Source: Pristiophorus japonicus (taxonomy: Eukaryota). From it: a stretch of 64,000 nt of DNA. Where the stretch lies: positions 60,140,001-60,204,000 of the forward strand of contig NC_091999.1 of NCBI RefSeq assembly GCF_044704955.1, read 5' to 3'. The notes beneath the pieces are model-generated. The model worked only from the letters and a program-made list of their open reading frames with translations. It was not told the origin of the DNA and did no database searches. Both the position numbers and the translations under genes were made by a program. How positions within the stretch are numbered: position 1 is the first letter of the stretch; each line of letters opens with the position of its first letter. Shown here piece after piece: positions 23,506 to 36,356 of this stretch.

Positions 23506-23918
23506 ACACTTAGAGTGCTGTGTACAGTTCTGATCTCCATATTACACTTAGAATGCTGTGTACAGTTCTGTTCTCCATATCACACTTAGAGTACTGTGTA
23601 TAGTTCTGGTCTCCCTATCGCACTTATAATACTGTGCACCGTTCTGGTCTCCCATATCACAATTAAAATATTGTGTTTAGTTCTGGTCTCCCTATCATAC
23701 TTAGAATATTATGCACAGTTCTGGTTTCCATATCACATTTAGAATACTGTCCACAGTTCAGGTCTCCATATCATACTAAGAATATTGTTTACAGTTCTGG
23801 TCTCCTCATCACTCTTGGAATACTGAGTAACGTTCTGGTCTCCAGATCATACTAAGAATATTATGCACAGTTCCGGTCTGCAGATTACACTGAAAAGACT
23901 GTGCACAGTTCTGCTCTC
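23506..23918 (+). repeat. Minisatellite of about 38 bp, about 11 copies, derived from the CR1 ORF2 HLEYCVQFWSP codons, in the CH1-CH2 intron
   Basis: Consensus CACACTTAGAGTACTGTGTACAGTTCTGGTCTCCATAT; preceded by in-register CR1 sequence (MFNLYRMLVRRHLECCVQF). Confidence 0.85.
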
Positions 23919-24036
23919 TGTAAATGCCAGGTTAGTGTTCGTCTGACAGCGAAGAACCTGTTAAAATATAAGGACACTTTGCATTTCTTAATGATTGATT
24001 TTGCAAGCAATGTCAATCATTTGTCTTCTCTTGAAG

Positions 24037-24354
24037 ATTCTGAACGCGACATCATCCCTCCAACTGTTCTCCTCACGCTGAGTTCTACTGAACAAATCAC
24101 CAGCAGCAGATATGCAAGCGCCGTGTGTTCAATCATCGATTTCCGGCCACAGTCACTGACCGTGAATTGGCTGGAGAGTGGACAACTCCTGGATTCTGGC
24201 TCCGTCACCTCTCCCGTATTTGAGGTGAACGGGAACTTCTCGGTGACCAGTCGGCTGACAGTCCCCGCCGAGGAATGGTTCACCGGCTCGGTCTACATCT
24301 GCCAGGTCACTCATGACGGGGTCACGCAAAGCCGTAACTTCATCAGATCTCTGG
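24037..24354 (+). CDS. IGHM: IgM heavy chain constant exon CH2 (open, phase 1-1)
   Basis: TTGAAG|AT acceptor, G|GTAAGA donor, 318 nt; [37 protein letters not shown] matches shark Cmu2. Confidence 0.9.
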
Positions 24355-24486
24355 GTAAGAGGCACAATCCCAGGAGGTTATAGACCATTCTGAGCGCTGA
24401 TCTCAGTCAGGACTTTTATTGAAATTAATAAAAAGCACCGAACTATTCCTAATTTCCAATCATGCAGTTTGTGTATTCTTGTGATT

Positions 24487-24915
24487 ACAAACTTGCCTTG
24501 AAACAGCGCCTTCAGCTACCTTAGTCTGAACCAAATCGCTTGCCAGCCAATGAATTAAGTTGTGAAATGTGGTCACAGTTGTAATGTACAACGTGCAGCA
24601 ATCATTTAGTGCACAGCAATCTCCCACAAACAGCAGTGTGATAATGACCAGATTATATTTTGCTTAGTGGTGTTTTTTGAGCTATAAATATTCCCAGGCC
24701 ACTAAGGAAAAGTCCTCGGCTTTTCATTGAAATAGATCCAGGGAATCATTTATGTCCACCTAAGAGGCCAAATGGATCCTCGGTTTAACACGTGATCCGA
24801 AAGACGGCACCTCCGATAGTGCACCACGCCCCCAGTACTGCACTGGGAGACTCAGCTTACATTTTGTGATCAAGTATCTGGAGTGAGACTTCAACCCACG
24901 ATCTTCTGGTTCAGG
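24487..24915 (-). mobile_element. Deu-type (SacSINE1-like) SINE in an Ig intron
   Basis: CCGAAAGACGGCACCTCCGA..CAGTACTGCACTGG core and tRNA-like head (GACTTCAACCCAC) on the minus strand. Confidence 0.75.
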
Positions 24916-25114
24916 ATTCCTCATTGTTCAGGATTTAATAAACTCGCCAACGAAGCTTTCCCCCTGCTCTGATTTCAGGCAGTGAGTGACGTGCCCGTAT
25001 TCTCAGGTTTATCCTGAGTTGGCTGATCATATACGGAGCGGCAGTCAGGGTCTGGAACCCTTTACTGCTAGCTGTCCAGGAACCCACTGTTGGAATGGGC
25101 ATCTACCCTATTCA

Positions 25115-25620
25115 GAGCACTGAGCCCAATTCTGGGCTCCGCACCTCAGGAAGGATATACTGGTCATGGAGGCGGTAAAGTTCAGGTTTATCCGAATGAT
25201 ACCGGGGCTAATAAAATAAAATGATGAGGAGACGAGTAGAGAATATTAAGAGGTGATACAATTGAGGTGTTCAAGTAGATAAATACAATTGATCAAGTAG
25301 ATGTTGAACAATTATTTCCTTTGATGGAAAAGTCCAGAACAAATAGCAGAATCTTAAAATTAGAGCTAGATCGTGCAGAAGTGATGTCAGGAAGGATTTC
25401 TTCACAGGAAGTCTGCATTTCCCTCCCCAAAAGCTGCTGAAGCTTGGTTTCAATTGAAAAGTTGAAAACTGAGATTGATAGATTTTTGTTCGGCAAGATT
25501 ATCAAGGGTTACACAACCAAGGCGTGAAGATGGTGTTGAGTGTAGATCAGCACTGATCTAACTGGATTGCGGGACAGGATGGATGGGCTGAGTGGCCTCA
25601 TCCAGTTCCTATGTTGATAT
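25115..25620 (+). mobile_element. Old CR1 3' fragment
   Basis: AATTCTGGGCTCCGCACCTCAGGAAGGATATA and a CR1-like 3' UTR. Confidence 0.7.
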
Positions 25621-26322
25621 TAATGCCCTGAGGTCATATTTAACTCTAACTCTCTCTCACCAGACATGATAAATGTTCAGTAATGACAGAAATTAACAAA
25701 CTACCTCACATCATTAAAAATGATGCCCCACCACAAAAGACCCCTTGGAACTCCATATTCCCGACCTTGCACTTCTCCTCTGACGGGGGCTGTGACTAGT
25801 TCCTGCACATTTTCACCGCAACAAAGATCACAGCAAGTGACCAGAAACTTAACTTTGTTTCCTGTTATCCCATAAATCCTGAAATCAATTTGACACTTGT
25901 TTTGAACCAGAGTAATGTTGGTGTAGACCTCTTGAACTTCGGGCTATTTGGGCTTCACTATTATAACCAGCGGAGATGCGTTTGAAGGCAAGGATCTATA
26001 GATGGGTGTAAAGGAGCAAGAGATTTCAGGAAGAGCGCTATTCAGTGCCTAACACAATTGCACCACAATGTATTCCCGTTTTACGCTGGTTATTTGCTTC
26101 ACAGCCCATTACAGGTGGCTCTGACTGCAAATACACAAGAAATGTTACAGATCTCCCGGAATCGTTGCCAATTCATTGCCCTTCCAATACCGCCGGTGTT
26201 AAAGCAACAGCGAGAGGTTGATATCTCAAAAGTGATGTATTCCCCTTGAACGAGTTAAGGCTAAATATTGTGTCCGGATTCTGAAGCTGCAGCTTTTCCT
26301 GACTTTCATTCCTGTTTTGCAG

Positions 26323-26631
26323 TGGATGTCCCATGCAGCGATTCAAAAATCACTCTTCGCCCACCGTCACTGGAACAGGTCTTACTGGAGGCGACGGTGA
26401 CCTTAACCTGCGTCGTGTCTGACGCTCCTTATGGGCTCACCATGTCCTGGACCCGAGAAAAGGAGGCTTTGAAATCAGAGATTGCCGTCCAACACGGAGA
26501 GGATCCCAACAGCGTGATCAGCAACTTGAACATCTCGACACAAGACTGGCTGAGTGGGGATAAGTTCTACTGCGTGGTGAGCCATCAGGATATGCCGACT
26601 CCTATCAGAGATTCCATCCACAAGGAAAAGG
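26323..26631 (+). CDS. IGHM: IgM heavy chain constant exon CH3 (open, phase 1-1)
   Basis: TTTTGCAG|TG acceptor, G|GTGAGC donor, 309 nt; [24 protein letters not shown]...SEIAVQ...[16 protein letters not shown] is typical shark Cmu3. Confidence 0.93.
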
Positions 26632-27526
26632 GTGAGCGGGGAGATTTTGCAATAAGTGAGATACTGTGACTATTTTCGGTGCATGTGCAAGGGCCAATTC
26701 ATTATATAAAGTGTTTAATGGGCTAGTCTGATCATTCAGTTTGGTAATCCCACTCTTGGACCTGAGGTTATGTATTTTAGGGGAAACTGGATAAGTCCAT
26801 GAGCGAGAAAGGAATAGAAGGGTATGTTATTAGGGTTAGATGAACTGAGTCAGGTGGAGGCTTGTATGGAGCATAAACACAGGCAGAGACCAGTTGGCCA
26901 AATCGCCTTGATCTGTGCAGTAAATTCAAGTCCAACCCTTCAAGATTTCAGAGAGAAAGATTATGTTCACTCTGCTGCGGGATGGTAAACCAGAGAGGCC
27001 CCAGAGGGGAAATAATAAAGCGTTAAATGTCAACGAAGAGCATATTCCTCTGACGTGTAACTACGGGACATTGGCGAATTTAAACGGAGAAGGCGAGTTG
27101 GTGGTGGTGGTCTCACAGGCCACCCGGGAGAAGAGGAGGATTGGAATCCGAGTGAGGAGCTCTCGGATCGCGGGGGGTGGGTTAGGCAGGGACCCTGGAT
27201 CCAGGATGGAGGTGTAAGGGCAATAACCACCTGGGTGCAGCAGTCCACGCATCGCTGTAACTGCTGGGATTTACACAGTATGTCAAGCCGGACCAGCTAC
27301 AGTTAAACACCGAATGGAGGTTAAAATAGAGGATTCCAGCCTCCTATAAATATATTATTCAAATACAATATTACAACCAGGAGTGGTCGGTTCGATGTCG
27401 GGATTCCGATTTTTACCAATTTAATCACCCCCACACCCTCAACACGCCTGCTTTATTAGATTAAAACTCCCACCATTGTCTCTGGAACTGTCCAGTTCAT
27501 TGGTCTTTATTGTAACTGTTCTACAG

Positions 27527-27918
27527 CGAAAGATCCACGAGAACCGGCCGTGTCTGTCCTCCTGCCCTCGGCAGAAGAAGTCTCTGCTCAGAGGTTGGTC
27601 AGCCTCACCTGTTTAGTGAGAGGTTTCTCCCCTCGAGAGATCTTCGTCAAATGGACCGTCAATGACAAGCCGGTGGATTCCGACAACTACAAGAACACCG
27701 AGGTGATGGCGGAGAACGGCAGCAGATCATTCTTCATGTACAGCCTGCTATCCATTGCAGCCGAGGAGTGGGCCAGCGGCGCTTCTTACTCCTGTGTGGT
27801 GGGACATGAACCGATTTCCTTGAAAATCACCAACAGAACCGTCAATAAATCCAGAGGTAAACCCAGTTTTGTGAATATTTCTCTTGTTCTGATGGACAAC
27901 ATCAATTCTTATCAATGA
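27527..27918 (+). CDS. IGHM: IgM heavy chain CH4 plus secretory tailpiece (internal TM donor at 27856/27857)
   Basis: CTACAG|CG acceptor; [17 protein letters not shown]...[24 protein letters not shown]...[20 protein letters not shown]. Confidence 0.93.
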
Positions 27919-27946
27919 GAATCTCTCGATTGCCTTTCAGTTCTTA

Positions 27947-27962
27947 AATAAAAAACAATAAA
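27947..27962 (+). terminator. Tandem polyadenylation signals of the secretory IgM transcript
   Basis: AATAAA at 27947-27952 and 27957-27962, about 30 nt after the stop. Confidence 0.75.
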
Positions 27963-28305
27963 GGCCTTTTCTTCCAATCGTGAGTTACACACAGCCGCTC
28001 AATTAATTTTGTTTCCTATTTTAGCCAAGGGGCGGGCTGTTAATCTGAAGCAGAATATTTGTCGGACTTGTGGCCAAAGCTGGTACATTCAGCGCTCTCA
28101 GCTCATATACACCACAGGTTGGAGACAAAGAGAAGCTCTTTAATGACAGGATACCTCAAAGTCATTTCAGCAACTTTCGTCCCACTGGGAGAATCTGCAT
28201 AGTTCTATTTCCTGATAAACAAATGCTGTACATTTATATCTCAGTTGGAGATGTTAGACGATGCATTTATCAATGCTTAGACATTTTGTCTATTCCTCAA
28301 AATCA

Positions 28306-29580
28306 TCTCACGAACAACCTGTACAGTTGCAGCAAGACTTCTCTACTTTTATACTCCATTCCCCTTGCAATAAAGGCCAACATTGCATTTACCTTCCTGA
28401 TTACTTGCTGTACCTGCATGCTAACTTTTTGTGTTTCATGCACAAGGACCTCCAGATCCCTCTGTCCCGCAGCATTTTGTAGTCTCCATTTAAATAATAG
28501 TTTGCTTTTTTATTCTTCCTACCAAAGTGCATAACCTCACATTTTCCCACATTATACTCCATCTGCCAAATTTTTGCCCACTCACTGAGCCTGTCTATAA
28601 CCCTTTGCAGATTCGTTGTGTCCTCCTCACAATTTGCTTTCCTACCTATCTTTGTATCAGCAGCATATTTGGCTGCAGTGCACTCCGTCCCTTCATCCAA
28701 GTCATTAATATGGATTGTAAATAGTTGAGGCCCCAGCACTGATCCCTGTGGCACCCCACTAGTTACAGTTTGCCAACCTGAAAATGACCCATTTATCCCC
28801 ACTCTCTGTTTTCTGTTAGTTCGCCAATCCTACATCTATGCTAATATATTACCACCAGCCCTGTGAGCTCTTATATTGTGCAGTAACCTTTTATCTGGCA
28901 CCTTATCGAATGACTTCTGGAAATGCAAATACACAACTGCTACTGGTTCCACTTCATCCACCCTGCTCGTTACATCCTCAAAGAATTCGAGCCAATTTGT
29001 CAAACGTGATTTCCCTTTCATAAAACCATGCCGTTTCTGCTTGACTATTATGATTTTCTAAATGTCCTGCTACTATTTCCTTAATAATGGACTCCAGCAT
29101 TTTCCAAATGATAAATGTTTGGCTAACTGCGCTATAGTTTCCTGCTTTCTCTCTCCCTCCCTCCCTTGTTGAATAGGGGTGTTACATTTGAGGTTTTCCA
29201 ATCCACTGGGACCTTGCCAGAATCCAGGGAATTTTGGTCGATTACAACCAATCCATCCACTTTCTCTGCAGCCAGTTATTTTAAGACCCCAGGATGCAGG
29301 CCATCAGGTCCAGGGGACGTCCACCTTTAGTCCCAATAGTTTGTCTCGTACTTTTTCTCCAGTGATCGTGATTGTTTTAAGTTCTTCGCTCCCTGTGACC
29401 CCTTGATTATCTATTATTATTGGGATGTTTTTAGTGTCTTCCACCGTGAAGACCACACAAAATATTTGTTTAAATTCTCTGCCATTTCCCTGTTTCTCAT
29501 TATTAATTCCCCGTCTCATTCTCGAAGGGACCAACGTTTATTTTAGCTATCTCTTCCTTTTTATATATCTGTAGAATCTG
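28306..29580 (-). mobile_element. CR1 fragment, 3' part deleted relative to the copy at 47475-49270
   Basis: ORFs with [13 protein letters not shown] and VYLHFQKSFDKVP. Confidence 0.9.
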
Positions 29581-29764
29581 TGACTGTATTTATATTTCTT
29601 GTCAGTTTACTCTCAATCTATCTTCTCCCTCTTTATTATTTTTTATTAAGTCAATACTTAAAATCACACAGCAGAAGGAAAGAATGTTCCATAGAAACTA
29701 GAATTGTCTTTTCTGAATTTCGATCCTGTACTTACATTGATGACTTTGTAAAGTCCTTTTGCAG

Positions 29765-30968
<1,204 letters not shown>

Positions 30969-32261
30969 CTGCAGGGGTTGGATTCTGCTATCATTGCTGC
31001 TGTTATTCATATCCCGACTGAATCATGTCTATTCCAACAGTTGAAGTTTGTTTCTGATGATAATAACCCCTATAACTGGGCTGGAATATAATATTTTGAT
31101 GTTTCAATAACAGAGTGTGTCGATAGTTAATGTTCCAAGATAAGAGGAGTCGAATTGATGTCCTGTGATTGAGTGCACCATTTTGGGGCCTTTCCTACTT
31201 TCTAACTCTGGATTATTTCAGTTCTCATACCTTTGGTTACTCTCGTGGAAAAGTGCCAGTTCCCCTTACCTTCCAGAGTGACTCTCCTAGCCTTGGTATT
31301 GAGGGAACGTGTCGATAACATGCCTGGGATCACTGAACACAAAACCCAGTCTGTGAATCACTTTCAGATACTGGACTTAGTGTGTGCCCCACAGCATCTC
31401 TCTCACTTTCGATGTGTGAATGGAGCATCACGCCTGCAAACCTGGGTTCAATTTAAATTTGAATCCACTCAGGAAATGTATCTAAGAAAATACAGATCAA
31501 ATCAAATAATTGGCAACGTTTTCGAGTTAACAAGATGAACAAGTAAATACATCCCGGCCCAATATTCCAGCTCGACATTCACAGGAGAAATTCTGTTATC
31601 AAACTCCTCGAGTAGACAGAATAGAGAACAATGCTAACTCTAAGAACATCTAGCATCTGTTGTAAATATCTTTCAAATCCCGACTGATACAATCTGGCGT
31701 TTTCCTTTCAGTTGAAGTGAATGGAAGATGTGAGGGGTGTTGGCATCGGGAACTCGGTTAATTCAGCTTCTGAAAGGTGTTCATGTTTAGTTCATTCCAT
31801 ATCGGGGAAAATGTGGTTGTTATCATTAGAGAGAAATTTCACTGAGCAACAGTTGGTGTTTCCAACCAACTGGCCGTGGATATTTTCATCATAGAATGTT
31901 TAGATTAGAAATATTGTGTTAGAATAAGAAAAGTTCAGAGACAAGTGATATGTGCTTGCCACAGGAAGACCAGTGTTTTACGTGCTTCTAACATTGCTGA
32001 TGTATGTTGAAGAAAATGCAGACTTGTGTCTCTGGACTATGCCGTAGCCAAAGACGACCATATTAGGCAATGCCAGTTCCAGTTGGATAAGAGGTTGATG
32101 GCATAGCAAAAGATTCAGCAGTTGAAACAAAATTATCTCCAGTTATCTGCAAACATCGAATGTCGCAGCATGCTGACAAAGTTGGAATTAAGAATTTAAA
32201 GTATTGAGTTAAATTATTGGGATCCATTGTTATAGAATTGAATTGTTACAGAATGGAAAAG

Positions 32262-32835
32262 TAGTGAAGTTATGCTAAACTTGTATCGAATCTTGGTTAG
32301 ACTATGTGTGTGCAATTCTGGTCACCATATTATAAAAAGGATACGGAGGCACTGGAGAGGGTGCAGAGAATATTTACAAGGATGATACCAGAAAGGCGAG
32401 CGTATACCTATCGGGAAAGGATGGACAGGCCGGGTTTCTCTCCTCTTGAAAAAAGATGGCTGAGGGGTGAGCTAATGTCTTTAAAATGATGAAAGGTTTT
32501 GATTGAGTAGTCACAGTGTTTCCACTTGTGGGGACCAGCATAATTAGAGGCCATCAACATATGATAGTCACCAAGAAATCAAATCGGGAATTCAGAAGAA
32601 ACCTCTACCCAGAGAGTGGTGAGAATGTGGAACTCGCTGCCACAGGGAGTGGTTGAAGTGAATAGTATCGATGCATTTAAGGGGAGGCTAGACAAGTATA
32701 TGAGGGAGAAGGGAATCGAGGGTTATGTGGATATAATTAGATGAGGAAAGAACGGAGGAGGCTCGAGTGGAGCATAAACACCGGCATGGACTGGTTGGGC
32801 CGAATGGCCTGTTTCTGTGCCGTATATCCGATATA
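32262..32835 (+). mobile_element. CR1 3' fragment (duplicated at 51350-51925)
   Basis: CVQFWSPYYKKD.EALERVQR. Confidence 0.85.
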
Positions 32836-33298
32836 ATCCTATTGTCCAAGTCACACTGCTCGAAGGGGAAGATAAATGACTTGCATCCAAACGCAATTGT
32901 TACTTTTGTCTTCTTTGTAAAATGACAAAGTCTGGGCATAATTTGTTTGTGTAATTAAAACATTTTCTAAATATATATATATATATATATTGCTAAGCGT
33001 TGCTGGTCAAACACATGGGAAGGAAAATTTAGCTGAAAATTGTGATAATTAAGTTTTATTTTTGAAAAAGTCCGGTCTCTGTGGTTCTGTCCAACCTATG
33101 TATTCAGAAATAAGTGTTTGTGGGTGACTGTTATGCTAAAGGTAACTAACATCATTCCTCTTGTAGACTGAATTGCTCTCTGGCATATTTTGGAGAATAA
33201 AAGGTCGAAGAAGAGGTTCGGTTAAATAAAATTAAACAAAGAATCTGGGTCAAAACTTGGTGGGAATGTTTGATCGATGTTTTAAAGACAGTATGATA

Positions 33299-33428
33299 CA
33301 TAGAAACATAGAAACATCGAAAATAGGTGCAGGAGCAGGCCATTCGGCCTTTCGGCCCTTCTAGCCTGCACCGCCATTCAATGAGTTCATGGCTGAACAT
33401 GCAACTTCAGTCCCCCATTCCTGCTTTA
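33299..33428 (-). mobile_element. Short CR1 3' end present only in duplication copy A
   Basis: (CATAGAAA)n tail; absent at the paralogous site near 52390 (GTATGATAATATTG). Confidence 0.85.
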
Positions 33429-33548
33429 ATGATATTGTATTAGACAGTAAAGTTCCTCCGGGCTCATGAATAAAATGGTGAACACTGTATAAAATTTAAT
33501 GAGAGGAAATGAGTGAGGATATAAGAGGAAAACAGGAAAGTTACACCT

Positions 33549-34793
33549 TGTGAAAATATAGTTACAAGGTTCGATTGGGATATGACTTGGCCAACTTAGA
33601 ATTTAAAAGAACCCAAAACTTTTGTCAGCAACTAGAATTAAATCAAGGCATCAGCAGTTGAAACCACATGCTGTGTTATCGTTATCCTGTGACATAGTTA
33701 CACAAAGGTCAGAAAGGGGAAGATAAAGGACGACAGTTTGTAAGGCAGACTCAGAATGACCTAAAATAAGGAAAACTGCGATCAGACAACTAAGGCTGAC
33801 AGAGATAAGCGCAGATCTAAAACCTATGGCCTTGCGATATGTAAAGAATTTATTGTTTTTAACTTAATCAGCTAACCTGAGATCCTGTGAGACTTTATAA
33901 CAATGTGACTTATTCCTGCAACTAACTGATAACATTAATTTCATTACACTTAATACACGGAGCATGTTTACTTGTGTGTATAAATATGTGCGATATCTTG
34001 TGTTGGGGGAGTGACCAGCTCATCCGGTCATTGAGCAGCTGCTACCCCTTTCGCAAGTAAATAAAGAAAGTGCGACAAGCGAAGAAAGTGCGAGAGGAAG
34101 GCGAATGGAATGTTGGCCTTCATTATGAGAGGGATGGAGTACAAAAGCATGGAGGTCCTTCTGCAACTGTATAGAGTATTGGTGAGGCGGCACCTGGAGT
34201 ACTGCATGCAGTTTTGGTCACCTTACTTAAGGAAGGATATACTAGCTTTGGAGGGGGTACAGAGACGATTCACTCGGCTGATTCCGGAGATGAGGAGGTT
34301 ACCTTATGATGATAGATTGAGTAGACTGGGTCTTTACTCGTTGGAGTTCAGAAGGATGAGGGGAGATCTTATTGAAACATTTAAAATAATGAAAGGGATA
34401 GACAAGATAGAGGAAGAGAGGTTGTTTCCACTGGTCGGGGAGACTAGAACTAGGGGGCACAGCCTCAAAATACGGGGGAGCCAATTTAAAACCGAGTTGA
34501 GAAGGAATTTCTTCTCCCAGAGGGTTGTGAATCTGTGGAATTCTCTGCCCAAGGAAGCAGTTGAGGCGAGCTCATTGAATTTATTCAAATCACAGATAGA
34601 TAGATTTTTAATCAATAAGGGAATTAAGGGTTACAGGGAGAGGGCGGGTAAGTGGAGCTGAGTCCACGGCCAGATCAGCCATGATCTTGTTGAATGGCGG
34701 AGCAGGCTCGAGGGGCTCGATGGCCTTCTCCTGTTCCTAATTCTTATGTTCTTAATTGTCTGAGTCCAACTCGGGGTCGAGGAAATTACAACA
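33549..34793 (+). mobile_element. Putative LTR interrupted by a CR1
   Basis: Starts TGT exactly where homology to copy B ends; TATAAA near 33979, AATAAA at 34060; short tail ending ..ACAACA after the CR1; no clean TSD. Confidence 0.4.
34096..34753 (+). mobile_element. CR1 3' fragment, young (open ORF 34110-34661)
   Basis: HLEYCMQFWSP...VVNLWNSLP; TTCTTATGTTCTT tail. Confidence 0.93.
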
Positions 34794-34801
34794 CCGGACA
34801 G

Positions 34802-35310
34802 CCCCGCACGGGCCCAGAGCCCAGAGCCCACCTCCCTGGGGGTCCGCACGAACCCAGAGCCCACCTCCCCGGGTGCCCCGAGCCCAGAGCCCACCTCCCC
34901 GGGGCCCCGCACGGGCCCAGAGCCCACCTCTTCGGGGGCCCCGCACGGGCCCAGAGCCCACCTCCCCGGGGGCCCCGCACGGGCCCCGAGCCCACCTCCC
35001 CGGGGGCACCGAGCCCAGAGCCCACCTCCCCGGGGGCCCCGCACAGGCCCAGAACCCACCTCCCCGGGGGCCCCGCACGGGCCCAGAGCCCACCTCCCCG
35101 GGGGCCCCGCACGGGCCCCGAGCCCACCTCCCCGGGGGCACCGAGCCCAGAACCCACCTCCCCGGGGGCCCCGCACGGGCCCAGAGCCCACCTCCCCGGG
35201 GGCCTTGCACGGGCCCAGAGCCCACCTCCCCGGGAGCCCCGCACGGGCCCAGAGCCCACCTCCCCGGGGGCCCCGCACGGGCCCAGAGCCCACCTCCCCG
35301 GGGGCCCAGC
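34802..35310. repeat. GC-rich minisatellite, 34-bp unit with a 30-bp variant, about 15 copies
   Basis: CCCCGCACGGGCCCAGAGCCCACCTCCCCGGGGG repeated. Confidence 0.92.
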
Positions 35311-35329
35311 ATGGGGAGCCGTAGGTTGT

Positions 35330-35900
35330 TGTTCGGGGCCTGAGGCCCACAGCGGGTGTGTGTGAAGCGGATAATGCGGAGTGTTGTCCCTCGGGCGGGC
35401 GGGGCCTGGGCCCGCACTCGGTGTGTGTGAAGCCCGCGGCCCCCCGGGTTTATTAACCCGCTCCCTCTCTCAGCCGCTGCCTCAGACACAGCCGCCCCAC
35501 CGCGCATGCTCAGCTCACACTGCCCGGGCGATTGACGAGTGGTGGGTCATCCAACCAATCAGAGTGTGCGAGAGGCGGGGCTTGCGGCCCAACAATGGGC
35601 GGAGCTGGAAGATCGAGCTGGAGATGAGCTCTCCAACCAATCGGCGTGTGGGAGGGGCGGGGCTGAGCCCGGATCTCCCGCACTGAGCATGTGCGGATGG
35701 CGGCGGCGACAGTTGGATGGAGCCCGGATGATGTCGGTTGTCGGCGCGGGGCAGGAATTGGAGCCGCGCGTGGGGCTGGTGAGCGTCATAAACACGTGGT
35801 GTAGGGCCCAGGGCCAATCACAGCCCAGAGGCTGACCCCGGGCTTGACCCGTGGTAACAGGCCCGGGGTCAGCGGGGTCACCGGCCGCCAGTTGGGATTT
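35330..35900. promoter_or_regulatory. CpG-island promoter module (CCAAT boxes, GC boxes, NRF1-like GCGCATGCTC), possibly bidirectional
   Basis: High CpG content; CCAAT at 35555, 35637 and 35814; GGGGCGGGG near 35655; candidate donor GTGAGC near 35779. Confidence 0.65.
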
Positions 35901-36356
35901 GGGACGGAGGAAAAATGGGAGACATTCGAAAGCAAATGGTGCAATTTGCAGGTGAACACAAAGCTGTGAGGGGCAGGGTCCGCTGCTCAATCTGTTCCAG
36001 CATTAATAGCAGTATAGAATACAACAAGCAAGTTCTGGTCAACCTTTATCACTCACCAGTTAGACTCAGATATTGAGGGTTGGCCTCAATTCTGGGACAT
36101 CAATAATAACTTTCAAAACCAGCAATGGTCAAAGGGAACATTTTCTGGTGTTTTGGGGCAGGTGCAGGGAGTGGGTCTTTCAGTGAGTCGGACAGGCTCG
36201 ATGGGCCGAATGGCCTCATTCTGTGCCGTATGATTCCCTGAAATGGTGAGAGTCAGGGAGTGAGTGGTCAGGGAGAGCCCATCACCAAAACAGGGAGATA
36301 TTACAGATATATAGGGAGGGTCAGAGTGTATAAAGAGGTGACGGGAGCACAGACAA

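Noticed and set aside
23506-23918. CRISPR-like regular repeat
   Set aside because: Units are contiguous with no unique spacers, derive from CR1, and the DNA is eukaryotic
24037-27918. IgNAR or IgW identity for the Ig exons
   Set aside because: Domain sequences and the [10 protein letters not shown] tail match shark IgM CH2-CH4, and a Cmu1 relic lies upstream
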